A stretch of DNA of 64,000 nt, taken from Rhizomicrobium sp. Lineage in GTDB: Bacteria; Pseudomonadota; Alphaproteobacteria; Micropepsales; Micropepsaceae. The notes under the pieces are model-generated. The model did not search any database. It saw nothing but the letters and a program-made list of their open reading frames with translations, and was not told the origin of the DNA. Location: contig DASZQP010000073.1 of assembly GCA_035549575.1 (NCBI GenBank), positions 26,644 through 90,643 of the forward strand, read 5' to 3'. How positions within the stretch are numbered: the first letter of the stretch is position 1; every line of letters starts with the position of its first letter. This document shows positions 37,206 through 44,513 of this stretch, in pieces. The position numbers and the translations under genes were made by a program.

Positions 37206-37488
37206 TGCCTTCACCCCTTGCTCGCGAGCCTTGCGAAGCCCGGCGCGGCAAGACGCTACCGGCTCCTCAATCTGAGATCAATCCTCACTCGCACAAACTT
37301 TGCGTGCCGGCGGCATCGCGCGAGCCCGCGCGGCTGCGGTACGACTGACGAAAATTTAATTCCCTCCGCGGCGCGTTTCGGGGCGGCGTCGAAATGCGAG
37401 CAAGGATTGCACGGCGCGCAATGTGCGAGCCCCGCCGCGCGCGCGGGCGGTTGGAAAAGTCCGGGTGCGGCGGAAATTCGCTTCGGTA

Positions 37489-37502
37489 TTAAGCGGACTT
37501 AA
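37489..37502. promoter_or_regulatory. palindrome TTAAG-CGGA-CTTAA in an AT-rich patch of the divergent intergenic region
   Basis: Seen in the 424-bp region between the secreted-protein/sulfotransferase operon and gspE. Its function is unknown. Confidence 0.25.
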
Positions 37503-37638
37503 TATATTCCTTCCGTAATCTGCGTCGTAGATCGGGTGCCGGGGCGGGACGTTGCTCCGTCGCGATCCCTTCGCTCGGTCGTGGCAATTTGGAATGTCGC
37601 GACATAGGCTAGAGGCGCAGGCACGCCAAAGAACAGAC

Positions 37639-39300
37639 ATGACGGTGATGAAGCTAGAGCAGCTTGTCCTGGACAGGGGACTGGTTGCGCCGGAAACCCT
37701 GACACGCGCCCGGCTGGTACAAGCCGAAACGGGCGAGCGTCTGGATTCCGTTCTCACCCGGCTTGGAATGATCGCCGAACAGGCGCTGGCCAATGCCATC
37801 GCCGAGGAAACCGGCCTCGCCATCGTCTCGCCGACGGATTACCCCCCCGAGCCCGTTCTGGGCGACGCCGTGTCGGTCCGCTTCCTCCGGGACGTGAAGG
37901 CGGTGCCGCTGGCGGCGACCGACAGCGGCGTTGACGTCGCGCTCATCGATCCGCTCGATCCCTATCCGGTCGAGGCGCTCGGCTTCGCCCTGAAGCGTGA
38001 CATCCGGCCCTTCGTGGCCAAGGCCAACGATCTGGAAGCCGCGCTGGACCGTCTCTACGGCGCGGCGGCCGAAATGCAGGCCGATTCCGACACTGTCGAC
38101 GAATCCGACGTCGAGCGCCTCAAGGACCTGGCGAGCGACGCGCCGGTCGTGCGCACGGTGAACAATCTCATCGCCCGCGCCTCGGAATCGCGTGCTTCCG
38201 ACATCCATATCGAGCCGGCCGAGGACTGCGTGCGCGTGCGCTACCGCATCGACGGCGCGCTGGTCGATGTCGAGACCCTTCCGGCGCAGATGAAGCTCCC
38301 GCTCGTTTCCCGCATCAAGGTCATGGCCTCGCTCGACATCGCCGAGCGGCGCCTGCCGCAGGACGGCCGCCTGCGCGTCGCCGTGCGCGGGCACGAAATC
38401 GACCTTCGCATCGCGACCTCGCCCACCATCCACGGCGAAAGCGTCGTCATGCGCATACTCGACCGCTCGTCGCTGTCGCTCGATTTCAAGGCGCTCGGCT
38501 TCGCCGACGACGTGCTCGAAAAATTCCTGCACGTGCTCAAGCAGCCGCACGGCATCGTCCTGGTGACCGGCCCGACCGGCAGCGGCAAGACCACCACGCT
38601 CTATGCCTCGCTGACCGCGATCAACTCGCCGGACCGCAAGATCCTCACCATCGAGGATCCCATCGAGTACCGCCTCGCGGGCATCAACCAGACCCAGGTG
38701 AAGCCGCAGATCGGGCTGACCTTCGCCGCGGCTCTGCGCTCGTTCCTGCGCCAGGACCCCGACGTGATGATGGTCGGCGAAATCCGCGATCTGGAGACGG
38801 CGGAGGTCGCCATCCAGTCGGCGCTGACGGGCCACACCATCCTCTCGACGCTCCACACCAACAGCGCGGCGGCCTCGGTCACCCGCCTCATCGACATGCG
38901 CGTGGAGCCGTTCCTCATCACCTCGACCCTGAACGCGGTGCTGGCGCAGCGTCTGGTGCGCAGGCTCTGTCCCAGGTGCCGCGAACCGCACGAGCCGGCG
39001 CCGGGGTTCCTGGAAAGTCTCCTGCCGGGAGTGGACGTCGGCTGGGTCAAGACGCTCTACCGGCCCAAGGGCTGCGCCGAATGCGGCAACACCGGATTCC
39101 GCGGCCGCCTCGCGGTGATGGAACTGCTGCTCGTGGACGACGAGATCGCCGGTCTCATCCTGTCGCGGGCCGAGGCGCGGGAAGTCCAGCGTTCGGCGGT
39201 CGCCCACGGCATGCGCACCATGCTGGCCGACGGACTGATGAAGTCCGAGCAGGGGCTGACCACCATCGAGGAAGTCCTCCGCGCGACACGGGAAGTTTGA
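37639..39300 (+). CDS. gspE: type II secretion ATPase GspE
   Basis: Walker A GPTGSGKTT, Asp/His boxes and the tetracysteine CPRC...CAEC. Start at ATG 37639 (MTVMKLEQLVLDRGLV). Confidence 0.93.
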   Translation: MTVMKLEQLVLDRGLVAPETLTRARLVQAETGERLDSVLTRLGMIAEQALANAIAEETGLAIVSPTDYPPEPVLGDAVSVRFLRDVKAVPLAATDSGVDVALIDPLDPYPVEALGFALKRDIRPFVAKANDLEAALDRLYGAAAEMQADSDTVDESDVERLKDLASDAPVVRTVNNLIARASESRASDIHIEPAEDCVRVRYRIDGALVDVETLPAQMKLPLVSRIKVMASLDIAERRLPQDGRLRVAVRGHEIDLRIATSPTIHGESVVMRILDRSSLSLDFKALGFADDVLEKFLHVLKQPHGIVLVTGPTGSGKTTTLYASLTAINSPDRKILTIEDPIEYRLAGINQTQVKPQIGLTFAAALRSFLRQDPDVMMVGEIRDLETAEVAIQSALTGHTILSTLHTNSAAASVTRLIDMRVEPFLITSTLNAVLAQRLVRRLCPRCREPHEPAPGFLESLLPGVDVGWVKTLYRPKGCAECGNTGFRGRLAVMELLLVDDEIAGLILSRAEAREVQRSAVAHGMRTMLADGLMKSEQGLTTIEEVLRATREV

Positions 39301-40517
39301 TGGCCACCTACAAGTATCGCGCGGCGACACCGGCAGGGCAGTTGCGGACGGGGGTCCTCGAGGGCGCCTCGCGCACGGACGCCATCGAGCGCGTCAAGCG
39401 CCTCGGCCTGATGCCGATCGAGACGGTGGAAACGACGGCGAAGGGCAAGAGCGAGGCGCCCCGGCTCCGGCTCAGCACGCCCACGCGCCGCGGCATCGTC
39501 AATGCGGTCGGCGAGCTTGCGGTGCTGCTGAATGCGGGCCTTGCCCTCGACCGCGCGCTCGCGGTGTGCGTCGAGAACATCACAAGGCCGCCGGTCAAGG
39601 CGGTGTTCGCGAAGCTGCGCGACCGCGTGCGCCACGGCGCCTCGCTGGCGCGCGCGATGCAGGAAAGCGACGGCGCGTTCTCGCCCATGGCCTCGGCGAT
39701 GGCGGAGGCGGGCGAGGCGAGCGGCAAGCTGGACGAAAGCCTGGGAAGGCTCGCCGAGACGATGGAGCGCGCCGAGACGCTGCGCCAGACGATCGTCTCG
39801 TCCATGGTCTATCCCGCGATGCTCATCGTCATCGCGACGAGCGTCATCCTGGTCATGCTTCTCTTCGTCGTTCCGCAGTTCGAGGATCTGTTCTCGGACA
39901 CGGGGGCGAAACTCCCGTTCATGACCGAGGTGGTGATCGGCGCGAGCCACGCGGTGAAGAACTACGGGATCGTCGGCGCCCTGCTCGCCGCGGTCGGCGT
40001 CTACATGCTCGTGCGATGGGTGCGGCAGCCCGCGGTGAAACGCGTTGTGGACCGCCAGCTGCTCAACGCGCCGGTTTTCGGCGCCGTGATCCGCAATGCG
40101 GAAACCGCGCGCTTCGCCCGCACCCTGGGCAGCCTTCTCGACGGCGGCGTGCCGCTCGCCTCCGCGCTGCACATCGCGCAGCGCTCGATCGCGAACATGC
40201 ACATGTCGGAAGCGGTCGACAAGGTATCGTCGGGCCTTCGCCAGGGCGGCGGCCTGTCGCGGCCGCTGGCCGCGACCGGGCTTTTCCCGCCGATGGCGCT
40301 GAGCTTCCTGCGCACCGGCGAGGAGACCGCGCAGCTCGGACTCATGCTCGGCCGCCTCGCCGACGTGCTCGACCGGGAGGTGCGCAATTCGATACAACGC
40401 GTGATCGCGGTGCTCACGCCCGCAATCACCGTGATCATGGGGGCGATCGTCGCCGGCGTCATCGCCTCCATCATGTCTGCAATTCTGGGCTTCAACGATT
40501 TGGCGGTAGGACCATGA
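39300..40517 (+). CDS. gspF: type II secretion inner-membrane platform protein GspF
   Basis: MATYKYRAATPAGQLRTGVLEG... duplicated GspF domain architecture, 405 aa. The ATG overlaps the gspE stop (TGATG). Confidence 0.92.
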   Translation: MATYKYRAATPAGQLRTGVLEGASRTDAIERVKRLGLMPIETVETTAKGKSEAPRLRLSTPTRRGIVNAVGELAVLLNAGLALDRALAVCVENITRPPVKAVFAKLRDRVRHGASLARAMQESDGAFSPMASAMAEAGEASGKLDESLGRLAETMERAETLRQTIVSSMVYPAMLIVIATSVILVMLLFVVPQFEDLFSDTGAKLPFMTEVVIGASHAVKNYGIVGALLAAVGVYMLVRWVRQPAVKRVVDRQLLNAPVFGAVIRNAETARFARTLGSLLDGGVPLASALHIAQRSIANMHMSEAVDKVSSGLRQGGGLSRPLAATGLFPPMALSFLRTGEETAQLGLMLGRLADVLDREVRNSIQRVIAVLTPAITVIMGAIVAGVIASIMSAILGFNDLAVGP

Positions 40518-40945
40518 TCAGAGACAAAATTCGCCGCGGCGAAAGCGGCTTCACCCTCCTCGAGCTCCTCGTCGTTCTGGCGATCATGGGCATGCTGGCC
40601 GCGATCATCGCGCCCCAGGTGATCAAGTATCTCGGCACGTCGCGCACCCAGACGGCGAAGGTGCAGATCCAGAACGTGATGTCGGCGCTGGAACTGTTCC
40701 GGCTCGACGTCGGCCGCTATCCGACCGGCCAGGAAGGTCTGCAGGCGCTGGTCACGCAGCCGCAGACGGCGCCCAACTGGAACGGTCCGTATCTGAAGAA
40801 GGACAGCGCGCTCAGGGATCCCTGGGGCGCGCCGTACATCTACCAGATTCCGGGCCAGCACGGCGAAGTGGATGTCTTCACGCTCGGACAGGACAAGCAG
40901 CCGGGGGGGACCGGCGAGGCACAGGATGTCGGAAGCTGGCAATAG
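40514..40945 (+). CDS. gspG: major pseudopilin GspG
   Basis: Prepilin leader MIRDKIRRGESG/FTLLELLVVLAIMG with Glu at +5. DPWGAPYIY motif. ATGA overlap with gspF. Confidence 0.93.
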   Translation: MIRDKIRRGESGFTLLELLVVLAIMGMLAAIIAPQVIKYLGTSRTQTAKVQIQNVMSALELFRLDVGRYPTGQEGLQALVTQPQTAPNWNGPYLKKDSALRDPWGAPYIYQIPGQHGEVDVFTLGQDKQPGGTGEAQDVGSWQ

Positions 40946-41342
40946 CGTACCCGGCTTCACTCTGCTCGAGACCCTGGTCGTCGTCGCGATCATGGCGCTG
41001 ATCGGCGCCATCGTCGCGCCCAACCTCGCAAGCGCGCTCGACACGCTGTCGCTGCAGCAGACCGCGCGGCTGCTCCAGGCGGATCTGCGCGTCTTGCGCG
41101 GCACCGCGCTGAGGACGGGCCGCAGCGTGGACCTGAACGCGTCGAACGGAGGGCGCGAATACGACTGGATCGGCGGCACGCGCTATCTGCCGCCGGCCGT
41201 GCGGATGAGCATGGCAAGGCCGATCGTCGCCTATCCCGACGGGTCGGTGCAGACGACGCCGATCACCGTGAGCACCGCGCACCGCCGGTTCGTTCTGACG
41301 GTCGATCCGATCAACGGCGCGGTCGTGGTGAGCAGCCAATGA
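40926..41342 (+). CDS. gspH: minor pseudopilin, GspH-like
   Basis: MSEAGNSVPG/FTLLETLVVVAIMALIG. GAGG lies 6 nt upstream of ATG 40926. Overlaps the gspG 3' end by 20 nt. Confidence 0.72.
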   Translation: MSEAGNSVPGFTLLETLVVVAIMALIGAIVAPNLASALDTLSLQQTARLLQADLRVLRGTALRTGRSVDLNASNGGREYDWIGGTRYLPPAVRMSMARPIVAYPDGSVQTTPITVSTAHRRFVLTVDPINGAVVVSSQ

Positions 41343-41719
41343 CGGCGAGGCGGGGCGAAAGGGGCACGGCACTCGTCGAGGCGATGATCGGCGCGGCGAT
41401 CGTCGCCATCACGCTGGCGGCGATGTACGGCGCGATCACCCAGAGCGCCGCGGGCAACCGCATGGCGGAGGACCGCCGCATGGCGATGATGATCGCCAGG
41501 TCCCAGCTGGCCGCGGTGGGCTCGATCATCCCTTCGGTCCCCGGCCTCACCGAGGGCACCAACGGCGATTTCTACTGGCGCGTGGACATAGAGCCCTACG
41601 CGGGCGGACCGGCGCCCGGCAGCGCCGGCGTGCTTTGCACCGTGACGGTGACCGTCGCCGACCAGCATCGCAGGCCGCTTGCCAATCTGGTTTCCCTCAC
41701 GCTCGCGCGGGGGACCTAG
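41339..41719 (+). CDS. gspI: minor pseudopilin, GspI-like
   Basis: MTARRGERG/TALVEAMIGAAIV with Glu at +5. 126 aa. ATGA overlap with gspH. Confidence 0.72.
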   Translation: MTARRGERGTALVEAMIGAAIVAITLAAMYGAITQSAAGNRMAEDRRMAMMIARSQLAAVGSIIPSVPGLTEGTNGDFYWRVDIEPYAGGPAPGSAGVLCTVTVTVADQHRRPLANLVSLTLARGT

Positions 41720-41721
41720 CC

Positions 41722-42369
41722 GTGAGCGCGCACAACGCCGGCTACACGCTCGTCGAGCTGCTCGTCAGCCTGATCATCATCGGTCTCACCAGTGCGATGA
41801 TGTTCTCCGGCATCGTCGCCGGCCGCCGCGTGTGGGAGCATGGCGATGCCGCCAACGTCGCGGGGGAATCCGTGTCGGGGGCGCAGATGCTGCTGCGCGG
41901 GCGGATGGAGCGCATATTCCCCGCGACGCGCTTCGACAAGATCCCGACCTATGCCGATTTCTCCGGCAACGCGAGCAGCGTCACATTTCTGTCGCCCCCG
42001 CGCGACATCCATGCGCCGTCCGGCCTCGTGCGCTACACGCTGACGCTGGCCCCGAACGGCGATCTCGTGCTTCTGACGCTCAGCGATCTCGCGATCGATC
42101 CGAAGGCGCCCGGGAACCCGCTCGTGCTGTTGCACAATGTGCAGCAAATCGATATCGGCTATTTCGGCGTGCTTCCGCCCGACCCCGTCGCGGCATGGCA
42201 CGACCAGTGGCAGGGCAGGGCGACTTTACCTTTGTTAATTCGCGTCCGCGTACAATTTCCGCCCGACGACATCCGCGCGTGGCCGGATCTGCTGGTCAAA
42301 CCCTATGCAATGGTCGACTCCATGTGCGTGCTCACCGTCATGACCGGAAAGTGCCGGGGCCGGCAATGA
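41722..42369 (+). CDS. gspJ: minor pseudopilin, GspJ-like
   Basis: GTG 41722 gives VSAHNAG/YTLVELLVSLIIIG with Glu at +5. About 215 aa. Confidence 0.68.
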   Translation: MSAHNAGYTLVELLVSLIIIGLTSAMMFSGIVAGRRVWEHGDAANVAGESVSGAQMLLRGRMERIFPATRFDKIPTYADFSGNASSVTFLSPPRDIHAPSGLVRYTLTLAPNGDLVLLTLSDLAIDPKAPGNPLVLLHNVQQIDIGYFGVLPPDPVAAWHDQWQGRATLPLLIRVRVQFPPDDIRAWPDLLVKPYAMVDSMCVLTVMTGKCRGRQ

Positions 42370-43403
42370 ACGCCAAGGACCTGCTCAACATGGATCTGCA
42401 GACCGCCATCCAGCTGCTGCTGCGCGGCTGGCGGTGGTGGATCGACGAGCTGTCGGGGATGCTGCCGCTGGAATGGCGCGAGCGGCTCTCCCGCAAGAGC
42501 CATGTCGTCGCCGAGATCGAAGGCGATACGCTGGTCTACCGCAAGGAGGAAAGCGGCACGCCGCTCGCCGAAAGGCCGCGCGGTCCGGTCAAGTTCCTGA
42601 TGCCGGCCAACCGCGTGCTGCTGCGGCGGCTGGATCTGCCCCTTCTGCCGATGAGCGACGTCCGGCGCATGGTCGCGCTCGACATCGACCGCCTCACGCC
42701 GTTCCAGGCCGACCAGGTCTATTTCGACGCGGAAGTGACCGCGCGCGATCCGGAAAGCGGCCGCCAGCAGGTCACGCTCGGCTTTCTTCCGCGCGACACG
42801 GCGAACAAGTTTCTCGACTACGCGCGCCAGAACAATCTTCAGCCGGCCGCGATCGGGGTCGCGCCGCGCGACGGCGTCGTCCACGATTTCGATTTTCTCT
42901 CGGCGATGCGCGACGCGCACGGCGGAGACGCCGCGCAGCGCCGTTCGCTCTACTGGTGGGCGGCCGCGGGCGTGCTCCTCGTCCTCAACCTCGCGCTTCT
43001 GACCTGGCGCGACACGAACCGGCTCGACGAGCTGCGCCAGGCGGTCGAGGCGCAGCAGGCGCCGGTTTCGGTGGCGCTGCGCACGCGCGAGAAGGTCGAC
43101 CGCGAAACCGCGCGCCGCGCGGACTTGCTCGCAAAGAAGCAGAGAAGCTCGCCGCTGCCGGTTCTCGAAGCGGTGACGAAGGCGATGCCCCAGGACGCCT
43201 GGGTGAAGCGCTTCGAATGGAACGGCCGCGCGGTTCACGTCATCGGCTACCGCAAGACCTCGAGCGACATCCTCGCGAGGCTGGAGGCTTCGCCGGTCCT
43301 GCGCAACGCGCGCTCGCTCATCACCGAGGTCCGCAACAGCGACGCCGCCGCCAGCCAGCAATTCGACATGTCCGCCGAACGGCAGACCGGAGGCGGACGA
43401 TGA
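42366..43403 (+). CDS. gspL: GspL-like assembly protein (cytoplasmic domain + TM + PilN-like periplasmic domain)
   Basis: ATGA overlap with gspJ. Single central TM (LYWWAAAGVLLVLNLALLTW) followed by a coiled coil. Position and size (345 aa) fit GspL. Confidence 0.65.
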   Translation: MNAKDLLNMDLQTAIQLLLRGWRWWIDELSGMLPLEWRERLSRKSHVVAEIEGDTLVYRKEESGTPLAERPRGPVKFLMPANRVLLRRLDLPLLPMSDVRRMVALDIDRLTPFQADQVYFDAEVTARDPESGRQQVTLGFLPRDTANKFLDYARQNNLQPAAIGVAPRDGVVHDFDFLSAMRDAHGGDAAQRRSLYWWAAAGVLLVLNLALLTWRDTNRLDELRQAVEAQQAPVSVALRTREKVDRETARRADLLAKKQRSSPLPVLEAVTKAMPQDAWVKRFEWNGRAVHVIGYRKTSSDILARLEASPVLRNARSLITEVRNSDAAASQQFDMSAERQTGGGR

Positions 43404-43957
43404 GAACGCTGCAGCCCCGCGAACGGCAGCTCGTCGCGATCGGCATCCTGATCGTGGCCCTGATCGTGGCCTGGTTCGGCCTGATCGATCCGGTCCTCGG
43501 CGGATTCATCGCGCGGGCGGAGGAGCGCAGCCAGCTCATGGAGACCTACGCCCGCAACGAGCGGGTGCTCGCCGGGATTTCGGTCTGGCGCGCCGAGGCG
43601 GACCGGCAGAAGATGACGGAATCGCAATATGCCATCGTCGCGCCGACGAAGGTGCTGGCGACGGAAAATCTCAAGCAGCGCCTGACCAAGCTCGCTTCCT
43701 CGGTGGGCGGCAGCGTGCAGACCATGGCGGAGCTTCCCGCCGAGGCGCCGGACGGCTGGGTCAGGGTGCGCGCCGACATGCAGCTTACAATGAGTCAACT
43801 TTACAAGAGCCTGTCACGGCTTGAGAATGAGGCACCTTATGTCGTTGTTGGATACGTTTCGGTCGTTGCCGACCGTGCAGTTCAAACCGGACATCTTGCG
43901 ACAATGGATGTCCGGATTGAAGTCTCGGCTCCCGTCCGAACTAATCAGCCGTCGTAA
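43400..43957 (+). CDS. gspM: GspM-like assembly protein
   Basis: ATGA overlap with gspL. N-terminal TM (LVAIGILIVALIVAWFGL). 185 aa. Assignment rests mainly on position and topology. Confidence 0.62.
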   Translation: MRTLQPRERQLVAIGILIVALIVAWFGLIDPVLGGFIARAEERSQLMETYARNERVLAGISVWRAEADRQKMTESQYAIVAPTKVLATENLKQRLTKLASSVGGSVQTMAELPAEAPDGWVRVRADMQLTMSQLYKSLSRLENEAPYVVVGYVSVVADRAVQTGHLATMDVRIEVSAPVRTNQPS

Positions 43958-44507
43958 TCCGGAGTTGATGCCCGCGATGGCAGCGACCGTGTTGCTCATT
44001 GCCGCCGGCCTGCAGCTCGCCCTGCCGTCGAGCCTGGAGCTCCCGCAAGTGGCGCGCCGCGCGGCGCCGGCCCGCGCCCAGGACACGGCACCCGCGATCC
44101 GGCAGGCGGCCTATCCCGCGATCCTGGCGCATCCCATTTTCGCGCCGGACCGCGCGCCGCCGCCGGTCGAGGCGGATGCGTCGGGAAATCTGAGCGGTTA
44201 CGAGGTGATCGGCACGGCGATCGCCGGGAACGCGGCTGCCGCGGCGGTCTTGCGCGATTCCGGCGGGGAGATGTCGCGCGTGAAGATCGGAGAGACGATC
44301 GACGGCTGGAAGCTCGTCTCCATCGAGCCGGAGGGACTTGTCTTCGACCGCAACGGCGAGCGGCGTTCGCTTGCGGTGGACATGAGCGCCCCGAGGGTCG
44401 CCGGACAGGGCGGGGTGAAGATGGGCAAAGCCGGCGCGGCAAGCGGCTACAACAGCAGCAGCAGCTCCGACAGCGACGATTCCGACGACGACGACGACGA
44501 GGAATAG
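43908..44507 (+). CDS. GspC/GspN-like secretin-interacting protein with poly-Ser/Asp/Glu tail; start uncertain (43821, 43839, 43908 or 43968)
   Basis: TM segment PAMAATVLLIAAGLQLALP. HR/PilP-like segment VLRDSGGEMSRVKIGETIDGWKLVSIEPEGLVFDRNGERRSL. C-terminus SSSSSDSDDSDDDDDEE. Sits immediately upstream of gspD. Confidence 0.55.
   Translation: MSGLKSRLPSELISRRNPELMPAMAATVLLIAAGLQLALPSSLELPQVARRAAPARAQDTAPAIRQAAYPAILAHPIFAPDRAPPPVEADASGNLSGYEVIGTAIAGNAAAAAVLRDSGGEMSRVKIGETIDGWKLVSIEPEGLVFDRNGERRSLAVDMSAPRVAGQGGVKMGKAGAASGYNSSSSSDSDDSDDDDDEE
44454..44498 (+). repeat. trinucleotide tracts (AGC)4 and (GAC)5 encoding the acidic tail
   Basis: AGCAGCAGCAGC at 44454-44465 and GACGACGACGACGAC at 44484-44498. 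Confidence 0.9.
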
Positions 44508-44513
44508 GGGGCC

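Larger units (their letters stand above)
36073..37214 (-). repeat. tandem gene duplication (two units of about 560-580 bp)
   Basis: Long runs of near-identical DNA, for example GTAGTCGTTCTG[A/G]TAGTGGCC[A/G]AGATAGGCGGGCG[T/C]GAAGGTGTAGAG and ATTGGTCTGGTTCGTCCGGTTGGCGAA, occur at equivalent positions of both units. Confidence 0.85.

Noticed and set aside
29589-37214. Idea that the operon encodes a RaxX/RaxST-like small sulfated peptide with a dedicated peptidase-ABC (T1SS) exporter
   Set aside because: There is no short RaxX-like peptide ORF and no C39-peptidase ABC transporter or MFP in the operon. The candidate substrates are roughly 160-aa Sec-signal proteins instead, so only the general logic (a TPST-like enzyme with a co-encoded Tyr-rich secreted product) is retained.
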